DNA from: Lingula anatina
Taxonomy: Eukaryota; Animalia; Brachiopoda
NCBI GenBank assembly: GCA_051362555.1
Contig: CM120641.1
Span: forward strand, 13,206,001-13,270,000
DNA: 64,000 bases
Reading direction: 5' to 3'
The notes under the pieces: model-generated
Told to the model about the DNA's origin: nothing
The model's database searches: none
The model's input: only the letters and a program-made list of their open reading frames with translations
Translations under genes and position numbers: made by a program
Part shown: positions 52,801-64,000 of the stretch, one piece after another
Layout of the letters: every line of letters begins with the position of its first letter
How positions within the stretch are numbered: position 1 is the first letter of the stretch

Positions 52801-55800
52801 TCTACAGTAAAATTCTCTTTCTTTAAGTAAAAAACAGCGAAATAAATGTATTTGCTCGACAAAGTATAAACCGCATCTGCAAATTTAGCCAAATAGTTTA
52901 TTATAAAAGCAGTCTGTTATATGAGCATAAAGCTCTTTAAGTATGATCAGAAGATTAACAGGCTCGTGGCAAAAACGTAATTCCGAAGAAACACATGTGC
53001 AGCATGACTAGTTTTTGATATATTCACTTAGTATCACATCTAATTTCCGTCACCAGTTTCATCATGTGCGACTCCAATTTCTGTCTTCTATAGCGACCTG
53101 CTCTTGCAATAATCAAAATTACTTGTTAAGATGACACGTGGTCATGCATGCATAAGTCTTTGGTTACCAGTGTGAAGTGTGGAGTGGCCGTTTCAGGAAG
53201 ATAACAATATACGTGATGTCTAAGATAGATAGGAATCCTAGCTAACTTGATGGATACAAAACTCCATTTATAATTTATATATATATATATTTTTTCTACC
53301 TCAAGGCCGATTTTGTGATCTTCCTGACGAAAAAATTTAGAAAAAGAAGAAAAGGGAGAAAAATAAGAAAAAGAAATAAGAAACGACTTCCCTCTTTTTA
53401 TCTTGTACTATTATTTAAAACGAGTGTTACAACGATATTCAGACAAGGACTATTGGGTGTTTGAACAAAGGGAAAACCCATATTCGTCAGGTATGATGGA
53501 TGTCTGTTTGTCAGTTAGCAACTCATTAACTACTTGACTGTTTTTCTACGATGCAAATGCAGGTATATTACATCTCAAATGACCCATGCCAGCGGTCAGC
53601 ACAGGATAAAATAGGATAAAAAAACTTTTGATCTTTCTTCCCAATTCTCTTGTTCCTCTAAAATAAACACAAGCAACATTACACGACAGACTATCTAATT
53701 CTCGTTAACCTTGCTAAAATTAGAAAAAAAACGAGGCCCTGTGTATTCAAGAGACTCATTAGTACGGTGAGGGATCACCCAAAGAACCTTAGGTATCAAT
53801 CTGATGTGGTGTCATAAAGAGAGTTTTTTACTGGAATTGAATGTCATATATAGATAGGGAGGAGATGAAAAGAAAGACAATTTGCATTATATATTTTATA
53901 TTAATAACTAAACAGATCACATTTTTTTCAGTTTGAGTATCTACTTAAATATGTGTGCGTAAAATATAATGACTTTTTATTATAGTGAGTAAATAGTCAC
54001 GGCTAAAACCTTAGAGGTTGCCCTACAAATTTACATATGGATGCAGAAAAATAAGGACAAAACAGGATAAGCTTCATTTAGAACTTCATTCTAAGAGACC
54101 AAGAAGCCAGATATTAAAATTCGATTACATTGTAAGCACCTGGCAGCAAGATGCAATATGAGTGTTCACGCCATGAGTCACTGAGATTTCGACTCTAAAA
54201 TTACGATTACTTATGATCAAGTTGTCAGCTTAAGTTACAGTTTCAGTCATTTCTTGTAAGCGAACTGACAAGCTCTGACACGAAGGTGCTGGCTCAGCTG
54301 ATGAAATAACTGCAATACAGACCGCCTTTGCATTTTATCAATCAGAGACACGTTTTTGTTTCTGGTTGAATGTGATTATATTCCCTTAGCGTTAGTACAA
54401 AGAACGTTAACATGGGTTAAGAGTGAATATGAAACAATCTAACTGCTCTAAATGATTATATCACTTTGAGGAATTTCAGGAAACAGCAACTGTACAACAT
54501 TGGGCGAGAAATTAATCATTCTAAATGATTTAAAGAGCCACCAATTTGCAGTCTTGTTGCTTCTACTGAAACTAGTATGAATAGCAGAGGAAATTGCTGT
54601 GCGGTTAAAATATAACCATAAACCCCTAAGACACGGAGACAAAAAAAAATTAACCAGCACTGAAAGTTAAGAGACCGACCCAATTTTCCATTTATAACCT
54701 CTTGTGACGTCATGTAGAACTCTCAGCTGGCAATATCCTCGGTATCTTGTGCATGTAGCACATGTCTAACAACAATAAACCAGATTATTTCGATATACCA
54801 ATTTACAGCAAAAAATCTCAGGTCGACAGCTTGTGGGCAGCATTATTCCTGTTAGCATAATTACCTTAAATTCAAATATACAGCAATGGATAGTCATATT
54901 AAACCCTGCGCTACAAGGGTCTTAGTTTGATCAAAGGTCTACACAGCAAATGCGCCCGTAAAATAAACTGACATGCCTGAGAAGGATGAGAAGATGAAGT
55001 CATTACTTATGAACTTAGTACTCACCTCTGCTTTGAGTCAGAGTTCTTGAGCTATCCCTGTCTATACCTCGCCCAAACTCCTAAACACTATGAATCGGGA
55101 TAAATGGGAGCTTTCCCTGTCACATGCTTATGAGTTGCACTGCAGCTGCTGGCGCGAGGAGCTGTAATTCGACAAAGAGTACAAAGATCAGACGTTTATA
55201 TGTGGCCAGTAACCCGCAAAACAAAAGAGGGTGACGTACAATAGGAGGCTGTCCACGGAAATTTCAGGGGCTACTCGGATCAATATTACCTGAAAATGTA
55301 GAACGGCCTGCTGTTCTTTATTGTTTGCGGTTATCCGCTATGAGTTAATTAAAGCATAGTATATAAAAACATTAATAACCTTACGCCGAGTTGAAATGGA
55401 GCTGCACATAAGATTTTGGAGACAGAAAATAACTTGTTAAACCATCCCATACCAAAATGTCTAAAATCTTTGCATTGTCTCTGATTGTCATTATTTCCAA
55501 TAAAGCTTATTTTTAACTCTGAACAGTGGGCTTCTTGAACGCACGGAAATCTTTAAATGCAATATAGATATAATACATATGAGTGCACCATATTTCCTTT
55601 AGACTATATTTACTTACTTAAATTAAGCATGCCCTAGCGTGACTCAGCTCGGTAAAATTGTCACTGAAAAAGTGATGACTATCTTTGTACAATGCTCATA
55701 TTCCAGCCTCTAGGCCACTCTAACTACAGCACAGAGCGCACGGTGACAGTACTCTGTGACATTGCACACAGTAATGACTCATGGGTTAATCTATACGTCT

Positions 55801-57503
55801 TGACATCCCAGTTGTCGACATTACCAGGCCACTGGACATATGTAGGATTTGGAAATGTTCCAAAATGCAAGTGTCAGCAACGCTGCTTGCATGACTACCT
55901 CAGCATTACATCAGGCTTAACTTATATTGCAGATCGTACTTTGCTTATACCTAAATTTATAACCAATCCTTTTATTATCATATAAATGATACTGCAGGTA
56001 TATGGCACTCAATTGTCGATTTAAAAGACGTATGACACATTGGTGACACAGGGTAGAGTGGCATGGCTCACCGAGTGCTCTATCTCTGTCTCTGACACGT
56101 GCCGTATTTACTCTAAGAAAAATGCCAAGCAAGGACGCCGTGTCTTCAACGTTAAAAAACAATAACTTACTGTACCTATATTACAACATGAGAAAAAAAA
56201 TATGGCGGGTAGAGAGCAACAACGACCTTGATTGAACTGGTCGATATTCAGTTGCCACGTCGCTCACTGTGCATATAGGTTTATGACAATAACCCTTTTT
56301 ATACGCTTACTTTCAATGAACCTATACATAAAAAGAGAACAAACACAGACCTATATGCCCGACTGAGGAGACAACAATAAACGCTTACCAAATATTATCC
56401 TTCTTCAGTGTGGAGACTAGAGTGTTTAGAATGTAAATGCCTAGGTATTTGCCTAGTCTGTTGATAATACGACGGACTGAATAAGACAAAGGATTTTCCT
56501 ATTTTATTGGTGTTTTCTCTAACACATTCATTAGAATAATATCGAATGTGCACAGGCTGCTCTCATGCCGCAATCAGCCTGGATTGTCCGTGCAATCACA
56601 GAGGTTAAGAATAAGATGAGGGGAATTCCCTGCGGGAACTTTGGTAGATAAAAAACACTACAGCTGTCGCTTTTGAAATGAGACTAAATATACATTAGCA
56701 GACTTTTATGGAACCCATGACCAATATTCAGAGTCGTTGGCCAAGGCAAATGCTTGGGGGGAGCTGTTGAAGGCCTAGGAACATGACGACACCTGCGAGC
56801 AGGTTATTTGTACCACTAACTGAAAGACAGGCAAGAGACATCTGATGAAATGAGAGAGAGGAAAAGGCTAACATTTTATCAAGGTCTATTTTTTTTTCAA
56901 AAATCCATGGAGGCTGAAGCACCTGTTACCCTGCCCCCTCCCTCCTGCAGCCTCCGGCCCTGGTATCCCCCCCTCTCTCTCTCTCTCAATCTCTCTCTCT
57001 CTCGCCCGCCAGTTTTTGAACTTCCTATAAATGAATCTAATCTATCTGACCGTGTCAAGTCTTCGAACGCATAGGGGGATCAAGTTCATATTTATATTTT
57101 AACAACGTACTTCGTGCAATTAGTTTCACTTTTCAAAGTAAAATACGGTGTACAAAAAACAGGCGGTGAATCATTTAGTAAATAAATAGAAGGTTTTTAT
57201 TTTCGTTCCAACGTCAACATTTGCACAAATCCAAAAAAGAGTTAGACGTAATTAAAACAACTTTAAGGTTTTAACATTTGACATCATTTATTTCGAGTCA
57301 TTTAAAACTTGAGGAGGGGAAATTTTTGTGTATACTTGTATTTGTATATACACCAGACCACTGTTTATTTTATGAAACAGTATTATTTGGCCATGTCTGA
57401 GTAATTTGTTTCACTTTCGATATTTCTTTACCTGGGGTTGGAAAATTACTTAAAGTCTATAAATAGCCAAGAGATTATTATTTAAGATGCAGACGCGTTG
57501 GAT

Positions 57504-59491
57504 ATGAAATTTAAGATGGCATTTCGGAACAATCGCAAAAAGTTGGGCGATATGTCACGGTGGATACCCATAATTTTGTCGATGCCTTTAATGGCAGCTG
57601 CCATAATTGATACCAAAGGTAGGTCATTTCTCTCACTTTCTCTAATTCGTTTTGCACTTTACTAACAATTTGCATTTCTTAGACAATTTTTAACTGATTC
57701 ATAATCATGCTCCTACTAGTACATTCCTGAAAAAGGGTAAATTTCTGTCTGTGGGTATTCCATATTCAACACGTAGGCCTGTCTCGTAGCGCCTAGCATC
57801 AAACAAGAACAGGCAAGGCTTTTCATCAATCATTTGCAGGTTTCTAATATCTCTTTTATTTTCCCACAGAACCGGAACAAATATGGTCGTCATCATGGTC
57901 TCGACCCAGTGGTATCTCCGTCTCCTCTGCTTTAAACCGCCTGTACGTGGTGGACACCGGGAACTCCGCCGTTCTGTACTGGGACCTCGACTTGAAGAGA
58001 GCCACGACTGTGCTCGGGGGGTCTGGTAAGAAAGGGTTTTTGAACGGTCCATGCACAGAGGCGAAACTCCAAAGGCCGATTGACTTGACCGTTACAAGGG
58101 ATCCGTCTGTTGTGTACATCACTGATGATAACATTATACGTAAAATTGACGGCGTATCTGAGAAAGACTGTGAGATATCGAGCTTTGCTGGTGAGAGAAG
58201 GACAAAGGGAGGGACTGCGCCCGATGATGGCCCCCTGTCGGCAGCATCCTTCGGTGATATCGAGTACATGACCTACTCGTTTTCTGAACATGCATTATAC
58301 CTACTAGATAATAAAACTGTTCGAAGGCTGGACATAAATGAGAAACAAGTGGAAACACTGCTTGTTAATGACAATACTGGGCAGCCTGTCCTGGGTGTTA
58401 TTGCGTTTGCGATAGCCGAGCTTAAACCGACAAAATATGCTGTGTATGAAACGACACAAGGTTTGTTGCGACCGGTTGAAGATGTGTACATTGTTCAGCC
58501 TGTCATTCTTTACACCAACTCTACTAATATGACCTCTCCAAATTATCCAGTGGCGCTTTCACAATACGGTGGTTATCTTTTTGCTTACGATTTGTCCGAC
58601 AACACCATCAAAGTTACGAAACTAACAAATTCTTCAGAGCAGATAGAAACGATCGCAAACCTGGAAGACTTCGTTGTGCTCCGACTCGCATTCATGTCGA
58701 CTGAACATGGATGCAGCCTGTTTGCGTCGGATTTTAAACGACCGATCATCATTAAAATCGCAATCCCAGACACGATATGTCCCAAGTCCCCATCCAGCGA
58801 GTCTATGGTTATGTCCAATGACGGGTACGTAACTTACGTCTTGCGGTTTATAGTTTCAGGCGTCTTTGCTGGAGTATTTCTCATTATTTGCGTAGTTGTT
58901 ATAGCTATAAGAAAGGGCATGTCCAAAACACGGTCTGCAGAAGATCCGAATAATGACGATGACAATATGCAAAAGGACGGTCTTATGCCCGCTGAAGAGG
59001 ATCAGGGTACAGAAAGGGAGACCGACCAGGAAAAACACCCTAAACCCGCAAGAAACACCAGTAATATTGCTAAACGAGATATAAGTCTTCCTGTGGGTGA
59101 ACCAAAACCCTTCTACGCCAGAAAGCGTTCTTCTGAGTTCCTAGTTGACCAAGATGAAACGGACTCGCAGGACTACTTTGATATGAGCGGAGAAGACTTC
59201 CGTCTCTCTGCAACAAGCATTGTCCGCGAGTGCTCTTTCTGGGTTGATCCTGAATTACTAATCTGTAAAGATGCTGTGCCTTCACAGCCCCCTCCACCTG
59301 CTACCGGCGTCAGAGCGAGCACCGACTTACGCACTTTACTTCGCCAGGGCATCCATACTCCCAAAGAGCGCGAGAAGAGCACGGGCCCTAAATGCGGAAG
59401 CCCCGGAATCTACGTGAACGTTCCACAGTCGCCTCCTGTACGCCCTCCCCATCCAGCCCCAAGACCGTCGAAGCTGCTGAAAGGGAAATGA
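57504..59491 (+). CDS. Type I single-pass membrane protein with NHL-repeat (beta-propeller) ectodomain and Tyr/Pro-motif cytoplasmic tail (~562-578 aa)
   Basis: Exon 1 57504 (or ATG 57552)-57618 encodes the signal-like MSRWIPIILSMPLMAAA, then a phase-1 intron. Exon 2 57870-59491 has NHL-type repeats RPSGISVSSALNRLYVVDTGN, GFLNGPCTEAKLQRPIDLTV..VYITD, DGPLSAASF and YPVALSQYGGYLFAYDLSDNTIK, and the TM segment FIVSGVFAGVFLIICVVVIAI. Confidence 0.85.
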
Positions 59492-59771
59492 TAAAACGTG
59501 ACACCACAATGATACCCTATATCTGTATGATTCGGGCATAGAATATATTAACAATTATAACTATAATTTAAATTCTAAGCAGAAGAAGAAAAGTATTTAT
59601 TTTAAGATGCTTGAGACAGTGATAATCGCACGGACTACAATTTACATAATCCAGAGTTACATTTGTATACTCTTCAAAAAAAAAAAGGAAAAGCGAACCA
59701 TCACGAACAATCCCTATGATGGGCCCCTGAATTTATTTAAAGGGGCTCTTGGGGGGGGGGGGAGTGGTGCG

Positions 59772-59885
59772 CAGGGGCGGACAGGGATCGCGTCGTTTTG
59801 CTCATATTTAATTGCTGAAACATGTCATGGGAGTTTAAGGGGTGGGCTGCGTGCCCTCAGCTTAAACCCCCTGGATACGTCCCCT
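59772..59885. mobile_element. Short MITE-like element with GC-rich TIRs
   Basis: AGGGGCGGACAGGG...CCCTGGATACGTCCCCT imperfect inverted ends; a similar end CAGGGGCGGGTCCAGG occurs at ~35250. Confidence 0.45.
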
Positions 59886-60520
59886 TTCTTGCATTTAAAT
59901 CAATGATATAGTTATATCAGTATTTAGGATAGATGAAAGTGTAAATGTTATATTTTAAATATCCTCAAAGGAACTTATTTATAAAATATGTGGTTTCCTT
60001 CTTTCATATATTAATGCTGCTGTCAATGTTACGTGTACAAAATGAGTGTTGATAATAAATTTTTTAGTAAATTGATTTAGTTTTTCTTGGATTTCAATTA
60101 CAACTTGCCAAGGAAACAGCTGATATAAAGTGGTTTTCAGTTTGTTTATCTGTTTAAATGGGAGTTTCTTTTTACTCAAAATAAGAAATAATTGCACTTA
60201 TCAAAGTCAGTATGCAATGAATCAACATTCATTCTTAGAGCATGAGAAGATAAATATTTTACAAGAAAACAATAAGAAGAAAAACATAAGAAAACAAAAA
60301 ATTTATCTGTGTCGTGTGTGAAGGTGCCCGTGTGTGAAAATCGTTTCTCTTTTTGATTGTTTACATATAAAAAAGCGGTCGCAGTTTTCGCAAAAGCTCT
60401 TTCATAAGTAGACCTACATGTATTATGTCTCACGTCAGTGGGTTCAAATGTCATTGTGTTAGCAAAGCAGGCGGCATTATGGGATACCTTTCATTGTGTG
60501 GGGATCTACACTGTGTTTTC

Positions 60521-60683
60521 TTGGATATCCAAACAACCTGCTCAGTGTATAACTTTTGAAAAATCTCTCCCTTTCGTCTTACTTTCAAAACCATTAAAAG
60601 AACATCTTTGATGCCAGGCACAGAAAAAGAAAATACAAGTCTGAATATCATGGAGTGCGCCATGATACTGCATCAATTTACCT
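60521..60683 (+). pseudogene. Frameshifted relic of the cytoplasmic-tail coding region of the 61324-63019 gene
   Basis: Collinear with 62211-62382 (e.g. ATCTTTGATGCCAGGYACAGAAAAAGAAAATACAAGYCTGAATRTCATGGA), with single-base deletions. Confidence 0.85.
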
Positions 60684-61323
60684 ATACAGACGAATAGGGG
60701 GCAAAGGGTTTCATTTTGAAAGAAAACGTTTTCGATAACAACTGATTAAGAAAGAGTTTACCTAGCACAACAAAGAAAATGTAAGTGTGGCACAGTGTTG
60801 AGATAAAAAACACACAATATTACCTATTCTGTTCATAGTCACAAAAATATTTTTAAGTATGAGTAACAAAATATACGTCTCTCCTAATTTGACATCAGTG
60901 ACATCATTTAAAAAATACTGATCTTTTTCGTCCATCACATAGAATGTTTTCGCGTCCAAAATAGAAACAAACATTTGGTGGGTAACCCCCCAGTGTCGAG
61001 TGACTCATAGTACTTTCACTTTACATATCACACACGTAGTAAAAAAATAGACAAACATTGTTGTTTACTTTTCTAGAATAGACATTTCTTATCTTATTGA
61101 AAACTTGAATCTTGTGCAACATTACTTTCAATTTCACTTCAAAAAGAAAATTGGGACCTAGCCAAGGGAAACCCCAGATTTTATTCATAGTGTATTTACT
61201 AACAATCTGAAATGAAAGAACACCGTATGAATATAATTCAGACTTGTGGATTAGTCAGCGACCGCTAAAAGACAGTCGGTCCATTTTTTCTGGAGAGATG
61301 TAGGCGTAGAGACAGGCAGGAGC

Positions 61324-63019
61324 ATGAGGCTTTTTACTTCAGCGATATCCCTCTTCGCGAATACAGTGTGGTTGGTTTTTTACTGTTTATTGACAGGATG
61401 TTGGTGCAGTGAAGGTGAGCTGTATTCATTTCCGTCTTACGTTTAGAGTGTGGACCTGCTTCAGTCCTTTCCGAAAGGCATGAAGAGGAAAAGTATTTAA
61501 AAAAGATGGCGCTCCATGCTTATACTGCTAAAATTCGATTGCTTGTTACCAGCTTTATTTCACGCCAATAATTTTGATTTTAGAGAAACCGTCTTCTGCA
61601 GCTCAGACTAAAACTAACACCGGTGACAACAAATACAGTTACAGTGAACTCCCTCGACAATCAGGCCTTTCCATGGCACCAACACTGACTCCTCCAGCAT
61701 CCAACGCGAACAGCGCATTTGCCACGCTGACACCAAACCCATGTAGCTGGGCAGTAGATTATCGCATACTTATCCCGGTTGCCACCGGCTCGGTGATATT
61801 GTCTATACTGGGCAGCGTATTCATCATCAGGTGTGCCGATTGCCGTAAACGTCACCGGGAACAACGTGAAAGGCAAAAATCGTTGAACAGGATGCAGCGG
61901 GAGACTGAGTTAGAGACTTGGCGGGTGACCGAGCAGGGGAGAGAGCAGGAGAGGTATAATTTAAGTGGACCGAAACGTCGAAGTAAAAAGCGTCGTGCTC
62001 ACCATAGCGTGCGTACTCCTCAAAGAGACCAAGGGGACATTTTTAAAGAGCAGGAAGAAGAAGAGACAGCTTTTACTGAAACGAGCCTTTTGGATGATTT
62101 CGAATCAAATTCCTATGATGACACAGCGGCTTGCCCGTACTCTTACGTTACAAACCAAGACCGATTTTGCGAAGAATTTACCGTGCATAACGAGAAGACG
62201 GGAGGAGAAAATGGAAATCCGAACAAAGCTGATCAGTGTATCACTTTGGACGAAATCTCTCATGTTTATTTAACTTTCAGAACCGTGAAACGAAAATCTT
62301 TGATGCCAGGTACAGAAAAAGAAAATACAAGCCTGAATGTCATGGAACGTCCACGTGAAACTAGTCGTGTATCATTTAACCTGATGCCGATGGCCAACGC
62401 AAGGGAAGGGACGTGTCCGCTGCAAAGTACCAACGGGCTGACGGCGCTTCTGAAGCCAGATTGTCACTGTAGTAGGAAGTTAACAGCAAGCATGGTGAGC
62501 TCACAGTCGTCGAAGCGCACTGGTGAAATAGAGGAGTTTATTCTCGTGCAGCAGGAATCCAGTGGACAACACCCAAAAAAGACACAGGAGAAACCCGCCA
62601 TTGCTCCCAAGCCGCGACAAAACGGAACCGCTGTGGTACCCGCAATCCGAGGCCAATTTGACGACGGTGAACGTGACGACGAAATTTACCAGAATATCTA
62701 TTCACCAACCGTTCGGGCAGCCACATTACCTCCACGCCCGGCTCCAAGGCGTTCATTAGGGAAGAAGCGACTTACCGCACCTAGGAATAAGAGGCGAAAA
62801 AGCCGGGACCTCCTTTCCAACGCGGTCCACCCGGATCCACCCAGCATGAACAAGGAAGGGTACCAGCTTCTCCGAGACCCTCCGCCCAAACGGCCACAAT
62901 ATCGCTCCTACGCCGCACTCACTCTTAATGAGGAAACAGTACCCAAAACCGTTGAAGAGACGGAGGTGTATCAAAAGAGGAACATTTACGTCAAAAATAC
63001 GAGAGGTGAACGTAAATGA
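61324..63019 (+). CDS. Type I single-pass membrane protein with short S/T-rich ectodomain, juxtamembrane CxxC and long Tyr/Pro-motif tail (transmembrane adaptor-like, ~508 aa)
   Basis: Exon 1 61324-61414 encodes the signal-like MRLFTSAISLFANTVWLVFYCLLTGCWCS, then a phase-1 intron (GTGAG...TTTTAG). Exon 2 is 61584-63019; TM segment ILIPVATGSVILSILGSVFII followed by RCADCRKR; 1527 nt in frame. Confidence 0.83.
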
Positions 63020-64000
63020 CAATTTTTTCTAGTTATAAAATGCTTAAGATAATTTTTGTGTATTAAAGTCTTGACTTTGAAATAAGATTTTCCCCATCAA
63101 ATATATTTTGGAGCAAATGACCGGCTCCATGGGTAGGGGGATGGGAATTCCTTTGCTTTTCTGTCTCAGATTTAAAAGTACTAATGGGCGGATTACCTCA
63201 TTGATATGACACATGGAAAATACTGCACATAATAATAACTATAAACATTTTATTTAATAAATTGATCTGACTTAAAACAGACGATATATTTTCAGTGTAC
63301 ATAAATTGTGTGTTTTAATGGCTTAAAGTTTATTTTATGCTTGTTTATTTTTGAGATCTATGATATATAGTATATTGGAATAGTGTATATCATTACTCAG
63401 TGTGTATTTATTGCAATAAATATTTGGAAAGCGCAATAATTTGATTTCACATTACATTTTATTAAGACCATTTTAATAGCCCACATTAGATAAGCACCTC
63501 CCAGTTGTCTAGTGCACTTTCATCAGAAATCGAGTCGTGCAGGATGAGGAATAGACTGTAATAGTACGCGTCAATAACTGATACTCAAATACCACATTTT
63601 AAAATTTTGAAAATGTTTCCAGGCCTTTCCAGTCTTATTCTATGTCTAGACATCATACAGAACGACCCTAAAATCCCTCTAATAACAGCATTTGATGTCG
63701 ATCTGGAATGAAGAGGAAGACACGGTCAAGTGACTTGACAATCGTTTTATCTAAACTAGAAATGGAATAAAAGATAAAAGATAAAACACAAGTGCAAGGA
63801 TACTCTTTACTAGAGGCGAATGTCACTGTTGCAAAATCACTAAGCGTTTGAGGGGCCTCTGGCACATTGCAGGGACGGGTCTATCGATGCTTTTTCGTTA
63901 GGTCAAAAAAAAATTTTTCGAGGAAACCCCGGATAAGATACCCCTTGGACATAAAAAGGAATGTCCAAGGATACCCTAAAACATACTAATAAATAAAATA

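Noticed and set aside
57705-59554. Multiple antisense ORFs over the NHL receptor gene, and similar ones over the Dispatched-like and MCT exons
   Set aside because: Shadow ORFs of GC-richer coding exons, with no motifs or splice support.

Overview
AT-rich, intron-containing animal DNA, not prokaryotic. The repeat types suggest an invertebrate, probably a lophotrochozoan, but this is inference. Six spliced genes can be assembled with GT-AG junctions and consistent reading frames: three tandem 4-coding-exon SLC16/MCT-family transporters on + (5214-10015, 16535-19202, 25685-32868); a convergent 9-coding-exon Dispatched-family sterol-sensing/RND protein on - (38382-45486); and two tandem 2-exon single-pass membrane proteins on + (57504-59491 with an NHL-repeat ectodomain, and 61324-63019 with almost no ectodomain and a juxtamembrane CxxC). 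These last two share a cytoplasmic YxN plus proline-rich motif and have a decayed copy of one tail between them. They look like an uncharacterised receptor/transmembrane-adaptor signalling cluster and are the most interesting find. Introns and intergenic DNA hold Tc1 and RTE remnants, a Helentron-type non-autonomous element, and several MITE families, some nested. All calls come from reading the sequence by eye; no database searches were run.
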